Origin: Octopus sinensis
Taxonomy: Eukaryota
Assembly: GCF_006345805.1 (NCBI RefSeq)
Contig: NW_021832939.1
Span: 1 to 29,433 of the forward strand
Length of the DNA stretch: 29,433 nucleotides
Direction: 5' to 3'
Part shown: positions 1 through 10,297 of the stretch, in pieces
Position numbering within the stretch: position 1 is the first letter of the stretch
Layout: each line of letters starts with the position of its first letter
Made by a program: the position numbers and the translations under genes
The notes under the pieces: model-generated
What the model was told of the DNA's origin: nothing
Seen by the model: only the letters and a program-made list of their open reading frames with translations
The model's database searches: none

Positions 1-182
1 CAGAAATGAAAATTCTGTGGCCTGAGGTCTGATGTGCAGAGATGTGAAACAACGATGTCCTAATTGTAAAGTTCCTAATCCTGTCGAAATGAATATTTGT
101 GCAACGCTACATCAAATATTTGGTACACTTTCTCTTCTTCTTCTTAAGCACTGATGTCTTCTCACATCTTCATTGATGAATA

Positions 183-270
183 CGTACATACATAATTACA
201 TACATACGTATATATATATATATATGTTTGTGCGTGTGTGTATGTGTGTATACAAGTCTCTGTGTTTGTG

Positions 271-308
<38 letters not shown>

Positions 309-652
309 TTGTCTTTATCCACCTGTTCTTGTTTTATTTTCTGGTTGTCTAACTCAATTGAGAAGACTATTCATTTACAGATAATAGCTTCCAATCCGAG
401 AATGAAACTAACCCATACCAACATATCTATGTATATATTTGAGAAGATATATGGATATCAACATATCACTATATATATATATATATAATATATATATATA
501 TTATATATATATATATATGTATGTGTATATATATATATATTATATATTATATATATATATGTGTATATGTAATATATATATATATAGATATATCACCAAG
601 CACACGCACACAAAACTGACATAGATACAATCACACAGATATATATATATGC

Positions 653-687
<35 letters not shown>

Positions 688-880
688 TAATATATATGTA
701 TATATATATATATACATATTATATATATATATACATATATATGTACGTATACATACGTATGTATATATATATGTATGCATCAACGTCACTGTATGTCATG
801 TCGCAAAAGTTTACGTGTTCGTGTGTCTTTATCTTTACAATATATGTATATGTATGTGTGTATATGTGTGTGTGCGTTTT
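183..880. repeat. Compound microsatellite (ATAC)n/(GT)n/(AT)n
   Basis: Directly visible di- and tetranucleotide tracts; they generate the YI/CV-rich spurious ORFs. Confidence 0.95.
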
Positions 881-1010
881 TTTCCCCTCCGCGTGTTTTT
901 TTTTTGTTTAATTTTTTTGTCTTTGTGTAAGTGACATCGAAAGCCTATAATATTGCGTGTTTCATTGGCGATAATTGTGACTTTGTAGCATATACATACC
1001 ACACACAAAC

Positions 1011-1044
1011 ACACGCATAGGTATATGTACATATACATATCATA

Positions 1045-1102
<58 letters not shown>

Positions 1103-1142
1103 ATATATATATATATTATATATATATATAATATTATATATG

Positions 1143-1173
<31 letters not shown>

Positions 1174-1268
1174 TAATACATAAGTATACATATATGTTAT
1201 ATATATATACAAATAAGTATACATATATGTTATATATATATATACACATATATCATACATATATATTA
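1011..1268. repeat. (AT)n microsatellite
   Basis: Long interrupted AT tract. Confidence 0.95.
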
Positions 1269-1789
1269 TGCGTATTTGGCTTTCTACGTATATCTACGGA
1301 CGAAAACAAACAGAGATAATTTATTGCAAGTAATTAAATCCACTAATATAAAAATCTTCTCTTAGTTTAGATATATCGCCATTTTTTCTCCCTCTTTTGT
1401 TTGCCGCCATCTTACTTACAATCACGTATTTCTGATTTCATTGTTTTAAAGTAATTTCAGTTGAAATCTTTGATTCCTGTCGCCGTACATATATTTTATT
1501 GGTATATACAACTGTTCTTGTTGTACACGTTGTTGTTTTTGTTATTCTTCGCGTTGTTGCCGATCTTTTCTATACTTAGTTCAATGTTTTAAGTTTGTGT
1601 GCGTTTTTTTTTTTTTTTTAGCTTTCATTAATTTCACTCTGTGTTCCTTTTCTGTTGCTTTTGTTTCGGTTCTGTGTTTCTGTGTTTGTTTGTTTGTGAT
1701 TTTTTACTATATTTTCTAGTATTTAATTTAACTTCGTGTTTCGAACGTTCATATTATTAGTTAATATTGTTTTTATGCTTTTATAAATA

Positions 1790-1970
1790 CACATACGCAC
1801 AGAAATACACACGCACGCACACACACACACACAGACACAGACACAGACACACACACATGACTTTAAACAGTCAGGAGTATATGCACATCCATTTATAAAA
1901 TTCTAATTCTCAATGTATATCTATATAAGTATATAAGTATATACATATATGTTTAGACACAAACATGTTG

Positions 1971-2002
<32 letters not shown>

Positions 2003-2345
2003 ATATATATAAATAATAATGTACATACATATATGTATATATATATACATAGTATATTATATATATATTACATATATATACATATATATACGTATGTAGT
2101 GGTACATATACACAAGTGCCCATGTATAGGTAAATAAATGTAAATATATACATATATATAGATATCTGTGTATTATATATATATATAGATATGTAAATAT
2201 ATATAAGAGTAAATATGCACAAACTTAGCCACTGTTCAATACAAGCATTCACACACACATAGACACACACAAACACACATATATACATATATTTATCATA
2301 CATTTATTTGTTTCTGTGTTAGTGTTTGTGTATGTATATATTTTT
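1790..2345. repeat. Compound (AC)n/(AT)n low-complexity tract
   Basis: Directly visible. Confidence 0.9.
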
Positions 2346-2711
2346 ATTATATTCAAAAATTATTTAAAAGTGAAATGAATAATGATGAAGCCAGACTTGT
2401 TGAAGCTAATAGACTATGATTTACAACCTATTGCATTATCTTTATATCATTTTATTTTCTATTCTTTTTTCATATATACTTTCTTTCTTCTTCTGCATGT
2501 ATTTTTTTTTAAATGCTGCTTCCTTTTTCGAGTGAATTTCTTGTTGGTTTTCTTGTCATTCATCGTATTTACTCTACAAAGTCTCCATTTTATTCTTTAG
2601 GATTTACTCTTTTGTCTTTAAAAGTAAACATCAACGAGAATGATTTTTTTGTTTTCATCCGGAGTTTATTTATTTATCTATTTAGTTTAGTTCACTTTGT
2701 ACGAATGTACC

Positions 2712-2928
2712 AATGGCTGTTTCGGTAACAAACTCCTCTTACGAGCACGCAGTTTCGTGTTCAGCTTCAATGCAAAGAACATGAGTACGTGGGCAAAGGG
2801 TCTTCGGCTGTAGCTCCGAACCGGCCAAAAACTGGTGAGTAAATTTGACCGACGGAAGTCGTGTGGGAAACGTCGTATACATACATATATACATACATAC
2901 GCAGACACACATACAAGCATACATACAT

Positions 2929-2964
<36 letters not shown>

Positions 2965-3082
2965 CACGTGTCCACGTGACCGACCAGGCTATCAGATGTT
3001 GCTACACATCGCTGGTCACAATGCGCTTCGCACTGTTTTAGCCTTCAAATGACGCCACCCCGCTGGCTAAGCGAGTAGGCCA
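2712..3082 (+). mobile_element. Degenerate SINE-B-like head + internal microsatellite + alternative 3' tail
   Basis: 2712-2877 aligns by eye to the SINE-B head at 6478 (ggctgt..ggtaa..gggcaa..tcttc..gtgagt..ttg..acggaa..cgtcgtata). Then (ATAC)/(AT)n, then a tail (atcacgtg..gctggctaagcgagtaggcca) unlike the other SINE-B tails. Confidence 0.6.
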
Positions 3083-3420
3083 TATATATAGAGAGAGAGA
3101 CACACACACACACATATATAAATATACATATAATATATATAAAATCATACATGCACACACATGCATACATATATATATATACAAGCATGCATACATAGAG
3201 ACATACAGTCAGACATACAAACATACATACATACATACATACATACATACATACATACATACATACATGCATACGAAAGGTGCCGAAAGATTCCTGGGTT
3301 TAAGTGTATGGCGAAAAGCGTGGTTCCAAACCCAAACTTCCGATTCATTTTAGAGGGCTTACAAAAATTGAAGGGACGCTGCCTGCAATAAGTGTGTGAA
3401 TCTGAGAGAGAAAACTTCTG

Positions 3421-3907
3421 TTATTCTTTTATTCTTTTACTAGTTTCAATCATTTGACTGTGACCTTGCTGGAGCACCGCCTTTATTCGAATAAGTCGAC
3501 CCAGGTTTTATTCTTTTCAAACCTACCACTTATTCTATCAGTCTATTTTGCTGAACCGCTAATTTGCGGTTGTCAAATGATAGCTGGAGAACAAACAGAG
3601 ACACACAAATATAATTAATTGATATTTCGTTTTATAATATATAAGGGTAAGAAACGTGTTATTTGGTGTCTAATTTATATGTTAATGTTTTGGCGTATCC
3701 GCTGATGAAACTTTCCCTTGTAAATTATATTATTTGCTAATTAAAGTCTGAAACCTGAGGTGCGGCTGTAAAACATGGTAAATCTTATTTTTCATTCCCT
3801 TCGAAATGGCTCTTACCTGTGGCTTGGACTTTTTTGACTGTTCCTTCTAGTATGTTAGGCAACCTGTTAAAGGCTCGCATCCTTGTGTTTAAATGTACAC
3901 CCACTAA

Positions 3908-3939
<32 letters not shown>

Positions 3940-4130
3940 GATATATATATATATATATATATATCAACGACGTGCTTCTTACAGTTTCCGTCTGTCAATT
4001 CACTCTGAAGGATTTGGTAGCGCCCGAGGTTATAGTAGAAGAGACTCACCCAAGGTGCAGCGCAGTGGGACGAACCCGGAGCCATGCGGTCGGTAAGCAA
4101 GCTACTTACCAAACAGCCACTCCTGCGCCT
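3421..4130 (-). mobile_element. SINE-B copy split by an insertion in its internal microsatellite
   Basis: 3421-3610 is the reverse complement of the SINE-B tail and 3970-4130 of the SINE-B head (..cttaccaaacagccactcct). About 300 bp of unrelated hammerhead-bearing sequence lies between them. Confidence 0.75.
3696..3768 (+). ncRNA. Hammerhead ribozyme-like motif (type I, Penelope-like element relic), probably inactive
   Basis: CTGATGA 3702-3708; helix II ACTTT/AAAGT; GAAA 3750-3753; short near-palindromic helix III ACCTGAGGT; helix I CCG/CGG. The base at cleavage position 17 is G (3762), which violates the NUH rule. Confidence 0.6.
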
Positions 4131-4450
4131 TATTAGGTAAAAATAATACGTCATAATAAGCAATGTTCGTCGGTTCAAGAGATTCACATTGAGACCTTTC
4201 TTCTAGCTTCAATTCATTTCGAATTGACAATTTTAATCAAATTTTGGTGTTTTTTGTTATTACATAACTGAATTTATTTCGTATTTTCCGAAATGATTTA
4301 TACATTTTAATTATGTCGATTTTGAACATTTTAAAAATTTTCTAATTAATTTACTGCTTGTATTTTTAAAACATTTCTGTATATGAAATTTTGTTCCAAA
4401 AATATGTCTATTATGGATACGAGACAGCATCTAGCCGACCAACTCTCTAG

Positions 4451-5344
4451 GATTTTATGTTGTTGTAAGTCAATGTATGGCGATTCTAAATCGGAAATTA
4501 TTCCTTCCCAAGGCACATACATAAATCTTGATCGAGGTTTAGCGCCAGCTTATGATGTAAGTACACAAACCGATTTTTACAGACCGACAGATGTCTTCTC
4601 CGAACCAAAGGTTGTTCACGAAATAGCCACTGAAACCGATCCTATCTCTAACGCAACACTTACTTCCTTTCAATCGGAGAATTTCATTGAATTCAAGACT
4701 GTTTCCCTTGAGGATATAGTTTCTGAGTGTGGCTCCTTTTACTCAGCAGAACTTATGTATGATACAACAGACACACCTACTTCAGACATCGAAAATTATA
4801 TCGATTCAGACACAGGGACTAAAAGTTATTCTTATTAGTCCAGAGTGATTCAGACCACGCAGGAATTTTTACTTTAAAAAACTCAAAACCTGTTTCCCAT
4901 TCAGATGTTAAAAAGACCATTACTGATGCAAACCTTGAGGATGATAAATCTATGGACATACCCCGAGACAATCGCTGAATATATTCATTCTCTTCCACGG
5001 CCTGACAATTCTAAGACAGGGGTCCCCAATCTTATTTTACTTGTGGTCCCCTGAGAGTTATCATATCATCTGTGGACCCCATATATGTACACGTAAATTT
5101 TTGAAATAAAGTATTTGTTTGTATGTTAGTAAGTAAAAACTAACAATGAAGCTAGTTCGTTATATTCATAACATACATTCCAAGTACAAATCCTAAAAGA
5201 TTAAATAAAAACAGGTACCTCTCCTAGTAAACAAAATTTATATATGGACCCACATATTACAATTTTATACTCGTGGGGGTCCATGTGAACCCAGGACAGG
5301 ACCCCTGTTGTGAGGATTAGGAACAAATGCTACTAGACGAAGAG
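4451..5344 (+). pseudogene. Decayed exon-like coding remnant (about 198 codons, acidic and Ser/Thr-rich, family not recognised)
   Basis: ORF 4383-4838 is not low-complexity. The frame continues after a -1 slip at AAAA 4821-4824, returns after a +1 slip at CCCC 4961-4964, is interrupted by the hAT MITE 5017-5307, has TAG at 5318-5320 and ends at GAG|GTAAGC (donor at 5345). Candidate acceptor ctctctag| at 4450. Confidence 0.55.
5017..5307. mobile_element. hAT-type MITE
   Basis: TIR CAGGGGTCC / GGACCCCTG; decayed 8-bp TSD ttctaaga vs ttgtgagg (5/8); subterminal GTGG(A/T)CCCC / GGGGTCCA motifs. CAGGGG ends with an 8-bp TSD are typical of hAT (Charlie-like) elements. Confidence 0.75.
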
Positions 5345-5386
5345 GTAAGCTGTTAATTATTTCATATGGTTGATACTACTACCGCA

Positions 5387-5736
5387 GGTGGAGGCGCAAT
5401 GGCCCAGTGGTTAGGGCAGCGGACTCGCAGTCATAGGACCGCGGTTTCGATTCCCAGACCGGGCGTTGTGAGTGTCTATTGAGCGAAAACACCTAAAGCT
5501 CCACGAGGGGATGGTGGTGATCCCTGTTGTACTCTTTCACCACAACTTTCTCTCACTCTTACTTCCTGTTTCTGTTGTACCTGTATTTCAAGGGGCCGGC
5601 CTTGTCACTCTCTGTGTCACGCTGAATATCCCCGAGAACTACGTTAAGGGTACACGTGTCTCTGGAGTGCTCAGCCACTTACACGTTAATTTCACGAGCA
5701 GGCTGTTCCGTTGATTCGGATCAACCGGAACCCTCT
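5387..5736 (+). mobile_element. tRNA-derived SINE, type A, full length
   Basis: A-box TGGCCCAGTGG, B-box GGTTTCGATTCCC; 13-bp TSD tactactaccgca (5374-5386) / tactattaccgca (5737-5749). Confidence 0.9.
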
Positions 5737-5834
5737 TACTATTACCGCAAGTTTTAAAAAGCAAACGGCCAAGCTAACAATCATAATTAGGCTAGCACAA
5801 ATTTTATCGATGCAATTCAACCGCAACGACAAAA

Positions 5835-6452
5835 CAGCGGTTCTCAGGCTGGGGTTCATATAGCCCCCGACGGTCCATCTAAGATTTTTTGGGGTCCACG
5901 TGATAAAATAGTAAAGTGGTGGAAGTGTGGGGTCTACAATAGTATTTTAAGGGCGCCTGAAAAAATTTGTTTTATTTTTACAGTAATCCCTCGACTATCG
6001 AGTGTATTATGTTTCACCACCACCTCACGAAAGCTGAAAATCCGCGAAGTAGAAACGGTACTGTATTGTATTGTTATTTTTATTTTTATGATTTGTATAC
6101 ATTTATTTTATCATAAATGCAAAACAATATACGGAGGAATCGACGTAAGTTTAAATAATAAACCGCGATAGGTGGACCACGATAGTTGAACCGCGATAGG
6201 CGGACCGCAATATGGTGAGTGATTATTGTATGTATTGATATGTATTTCAAGAAATAGTTGTGTTTCTTTCTCTAACATTTTACAGCGTCCAACCTACACA
6301 AGTGAATGTGTGAACCACAAAATAAGAATTTTTTAAAGAAAGTTTCTATAAAACTAGCTTATAAACATCGGATAGCTATGGGGTCCACAAGAATACAATA
6401 ATAATCAAAGGGATCCGAAGATAAGACAAAAATAAATGGTTGAGAACAATTG
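5835..6452. mobile_element. hAT-type non-autonomous element
   Basis: Ends CAGCGGTTCTCA.. / ..GGTTGAGAACAATTG; decayed 8-bp TSD cgacaaaa vs cactaaaa; repeated GGGGTCCAC motifs shared, in opposite orientation, with the 5017 MITE. Confidence 0.7.
5981..6228. mobile_element. pogo/Tigger-like (Tc1-mariner superfamily) MITE nested in the hAT element
   Basis: TA|CAGTAATCCCTCG ... TGAGTGATTATTG|TA (10/13 inverted match, TA TSD); four subterminal ACCGCGATAG-like repeats at 6161-6215. Confidence 0.75.
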
Positions 6453-6477
6453 CACTAAAATGGCGCAAAATTTATCA

Positions 6478-6886
6478 GGAGTGGCTGTGTGGTAAGTAGC
6501 TTGCTTACCAACCACATGGTTCCGGGTTCAGTCCCACTGTGTGGCATCTTGGGCAAGTGTCTTCTACTATAGCCTCGGGCCTACCAAAGCCTTGTGAATG
6601 GATTTGGTAGACGGAAACTGAAAGAAGCCCGTTGTATATATGTATATATATGTATGTGTGTGTGTATGTTTGTGTGTCTGTGTTTGTTCCCCTAGCATTG
6701 CTTGACAACCGATGCTGGTGTGTTTACGCCCCCGTCACCTAGCGGTTCGGCAAAAGAGATCGATAGAATAAGTACTGGGCTTACAAAGAATAAGTCCTGG
6801 GGTCGATTTGCTCGACTGAAGGCGGTGCTCCAGCATGGCCGCAGTCAAATGACTGAAACAAGTAAAAGAGTAAAGAGTAAGAGTAA
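6478..6886 (+). mobile_element. tRNA-derived SINE, type B, full length (head - internal TA/TG microsatellite - tail ending in AAGAGT repeats)
   Basis: Head GGAGTGGCTGTGTGGTAAG..GGGTTCAGTCCC; near-identical reverse-complement copy at 11785-12204; further copies in the window. Confidence 0.9.
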
Positions 6887-6934
6887 TCAAATAAGAAGAG
6901 AAATTTTCTTTTCTTTCTGCTATAGGTGCAAGAT

Positions 6935-7130
6935 CTGAAATTTCGTGGGGATCGCTAAGTCGGTTAAATCAAATCTATTATTCGACTGGTACTTATATGA
7001 TGGACTCCAAAAAGATCAAAAGCGAAGTCGACCGTAGAGAAACTTGAACTCAACTCATAAAACCGGAAGAAAAGCTGCTAACCCTTTTTGTCCGGGTTGT
7101 TAAAAGAGTCTGTCAGCTTGGTGCATTTAA
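6935..7130 (-). mobile_element. Old degenerate SINE-C copy
   Basis: Residual motifs ctggtactta, aaagcgaagtcgacc, aaacttgaactc, ctgtcagct match the reverse complement of SINE-C. Confidence 0.5.
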
Positions 7131-7260
7131 ACAGCATTTGAAGTATTATCAGAAATGTAATCGAACTTTTACTAAACAAAACTGAACTGTGAAGGAGAGA
7201 GGAAAACGCAACTCCGCAAAGGTTAATCAGGTTTCAAAAATGGAAACTAATGAAGCCATT

Positions 7261-7721
7261 TTTTATGCGCCCTTTTCAAGCCTAGCCAGGCTCATGGGCT
7301 CGGTTTCCCGGTTTCTGTGACGTATGTGTATCTCCCAGTTGGACGGAGTACCAGTCCATCGCAGTTGCGCCCTTTTAAAGCCTAGCCAGGCTCATGGGTC
7401 CGGTTTCCCGGTTTCTGTGACGTATGTGTATCTCCCAGTTGGACGGAGTACCAGTCCATCGCAGTTGCGCCCTTTTAAAGCCTAGCCAGGCTCATGGGTC
7501 CGGTTTCCCAGTTTCCCGCTTTCTATGGCATATGTGTTCCCCAGCTGGACGGGACACCAGTCCATCGCAGCGTTACTCATTTTTGCCAGCTGAGCGGACT
7601 GGAGCAACGTGAAATGAAGTGTTTTGCTCAAGAACACAACGCGTCGCCCGGTCCAGGAATCGAAACCACAATCTTACGATCATGATGCTGACACTCTAGC
7701 CACTAAGCCACGCGCCTCCAC
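7261..7721 (-). mobile_element. tRNA-derived SINE, type D (CORE-like central block), with triplicated 100-bp 3' segment
   Basis: On the minus strand TGGCTTAGTGG A-box and GGTTTCGATTCC B-box; perfect 12-bp TSD aatgaagccatt (7249-7260, 7722-7733); repeat units start at 7266, 7366 and 7466. Confidence 0.9.
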
Positions 7722-7799
7722 AATGAAGCCATTAGCGTTCAGAAAATAAAGTTGCTTTCTTGGTAGTACAAACAATATTGCCATGGATATCATTCATTT

Positions 7800-7814
7800 A
7801 TCATCATCATCATT

Positions 7815-7859
<45 letters not shown>

Positions 7860-7900
7860 GTCGTCGTCGTCGTCGTCATTACAATCATCATCAACAACAA
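7800..7900. repeat. (CAT)n-(CGT)n-(CAA)n trinucleotide array, probably the tail of the adjacent SINE
   Basis: Directly visible; source of the poly-His/Arg/Gln spurious ORF. Confidence 0.9.
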
Positions 7901-7909
7901 CGAAAACAA

Positions 7910-8175
7910 GCCCTGGGTATTATTGCCTCAAGCCTTATTACCCATAGGGTGGGTTACTCAGTCTCTCCAGCATATAGAGGACAGAAACCACACCATTCCC
8001 CACTTGAACAGAACACCATTCTACCCCGTAGGGCGACGCTTTTACAGCTGAGTGGACTGGAGCAACGTGAGATGAAGTATTATGCTCAAGAGTACAACGC
8101 GTCATCAGGAACGGGAATCGAAACCACAAACTTGTGATCGTGATTGCAACGTCCTAACAACTAGGCCATGCGCCA
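7910..8175 (-). mobile_element. SINE-D-type head/core with a different 3' part
   Basis: 8040-8175 matches 7580-7720 (cagctgag.ggactggagcaacgtga..gctcaaga..gaatcgaaaccaca). Confidence 0.7.
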
Positions 8176-8625
8176 TCATTTGTCACCCGGCCATGCGCCA
8201 AGTTTGTCACATTTATGATAATATCATCAGGTACCGTACCACGAGTACAGTACCGCCTTTGGATGTACCAAGCCGTACTACACAGAACATCTACAATGTT
8301 GAATTGCCATGCTAGAAATAACTTATTCCCTCCCTACATTGCAAACAAACGTATGTAAGAGGACACATTTGGTAGTGATATGCGGTTGTTGCCTGTAAAA
8401 GAATGAGTGTTTCGTGGTGAAATGACTGCCTTTGACGAATCTGTTACTCCAGTATGGTCGACTTCGTCAAAGCAGCAGGAATATACACCATTAATATACC
8501 TGTTAATGACTTTTATTCCTTACTATTAGGTGGCTATCCGTCGCTACGCTGTCGGGAAGTATATCTGTTAATCATGCACGTGTCTTCTTTTAATAGGTGA
8601 CTGTTAGATAGTGAAAGTGTCGTTA

Positions 8626-8639
8626 GTTACTATGGTAAC
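8626..8639. promoter_or_regulatory. RFX X-box-like motif GTTACTATGGTAAC
   Basis: Fits the X-box consensus GTHNYYATRRNAAC; function not demonstrable from sequence. Confidence 0.3.
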
Positions 8640-9231
8640 GATAGTCTATATATTTATCTGCCCTTCATACACACTCAATCACTCACTCACACTCACTCAT
8701 TCTCTCTCTTTCTCCCTCCTTCACTTTCGCTCTTTCTTTCTCTTTCTTTTCTAATGTATTTCTCAACAACAATAGTAAAATTTATTTTTTGTAATTTGTT
8801 TTCTCTGAGACATACAGCAACACACAGAAGTGCGCGCACGCACACACGCACATACGCACTCACACGCACGCACAAACACACATACGCACACACAGGTGAA
8901 GATACACCCACACACCCGCGCTCACACATGGAAAGACACACGAACAAACAAACATAAAATCACGATATTCTTATATAATGAAAGCGTTTTTTCTTTTTAG
9001 AAGTTTTGTATTTTGTTGACAGACTAGCACTTGAAATTCGCGTGTCTTAAATCAAAAGAATTTAGTTAACTATGGTGACAACACTATCTACTTATCTGTA
9101 TATCTGTCTATTGATCTTTATCTATCTAGTATTCATCCTCTCTCTTTCTCTCACTCTTTTACACTGAACTATATATCTATCTCACACAAATACACACACT
9201 CTCTCTCTCTGTTTGTCTGTCTCTGTCTCTG

Positions 9232-9262
<31 letters not shown>

Positions 9263-9396
9263 ACACTCGCTATTACACTGTATTTATCTCTCAACAACGA
9301 ACATTCCTCCTACGCTTCTTCTAATTACACATTCTGAGATATTTTGATTCCTCTCCTTTTGTCCTTCCGTAAGCAACACACACACACATATATATA

Positions 9397-9626
9397 TATT
9401 TCTTTACTACCCACAAGGGGCTAAACATAGAGGGGACAAACAAGGACGGACAAACGGATTAAGTCGATTACATCGATCCAGTGCGAAACTGATACTTTAT
9501 TTATCGACCCCGAGAGGATGAAAGGCAAAGTCGACCTCGGCGGAATTTGAACTCAGAACGTAACGACAGACGAAATACGGCTACGCATTTCGCCCGGCGC
9601 GCTAACGTTTCTGCCAGCTCGCCGCC
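9397..9626 (-). mobile_element. tRNA-derived SINE, type C, full length
   Basis: Reverse complement of GGCGGCGAGCTGGCAGAAACGTTAG..GAGTTCAAATTCC..GGGTAGTAAAGAAATA; closely matches 12713-12943. Confidence 0.9.
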
Positions 9627-9648
9627 TTTATATATATATATATGAGTG

Positions 9649-9679
<31 letters not shown>

Positions 9680-10013
9680 TGGTGTATGTATGTATGTATG
9701 TGTGTGTGTGTGTATGTGTGTGTGTATTTAGATGTTTATTATGTCATATGTAAACATATGTAAACAAATATAAGTTTGTTTTGAAGCACTGAAAATGTAC
9801 TGTAGTATAAGTAGAAAGTAGTTTCCGCTTTGTAAGGATTTTATCCCATTTATGCTGTTCTATCAATATTTAAGAGTTGAAAAATATATCTTTCGACTCA
9901 TCAGTTTATGTATATATACATATACGTATATGTGTATATATATATATAGATATATATGTATGTATATGTATGGGTATATATGTGTGTGCATGTATGTATA
10001 TATATACATATAT

Positions 10014-10083
<70 letters not shown>

Positions 10084-10163
10084 GTCCCGGGTTGAGTCGG
10101 GTTAACCACAGTAAGTAAGGTACTCAATACATAGCAGAGTAAATTAATTTATTTTATAGAAGG

Positions 10164-10214
10164 AGCTTCTACAGGACTAGAACTGTTTCATTCAAATGAA
10201 ATCATCAGGAAGCT
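10164..10214 (-). ncRNA. Type I hammerhead ribozyme with intact catalytic core
   Basis: Minus strand reads AGCUUC-CUGAUGA-U-UUCA-UU-UGAA-U-GAAA-CAG-UUCUAGUC-CUG-UA-GAAGCU: 6-bp helix I, 4-bp helix III, GUA triplet with predicted cut between 10170 and 10169. Helix II is weak (U.U at 10.1-11.1). Confidence 0.75.
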
Positions 10215-10247
10215 TGCTGTCAAAATAAAGAACTTATTTTGACAGCA

Positions 10248-10297
10248 AGCTTCCTGGTGATTCATTTGAATGAAACAGTTCTAGTCCTGTAGAAGCT
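10248..10297 (+). ncRNA. Mutated inverted twin of the hammerhead ribozyme
   Basis: Same sequence but core CTGGTGA (A6 to G at 10257) and a 1-nt deletion next to helix II. Confidence 0.65.

Noticed and set aside
26-154. Short frame MCRDVKQRCPNCKVPNP.. with CxxC, RING-like
   Set aside because: In-frame stop immediately upstream, no convincing acceptor, too short to assign.
5390-5465. tRNA-like A/B boxes here and in the other SINE heads
   Set aside because: They continue into SINE bodies with TSDs and no complete cloverleaf is evident; not tRNA genes.
7266-7570. Regular 100-bp repeats as a CRISPR-like array or satellite
   Set aside because: No unique spacers, eukaryotic context, enclosed within a SINE TSD.
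7760-8137. Poly-His/Arg/Gln ORF
   Set aside because: Trinucleotide tail plus the antisense strand of a SINE.
8231-8303. GTAC-rich stretch open in all three plus frames after CAG
   Set aside because: Too short to choose a frame, no donor and no homology.
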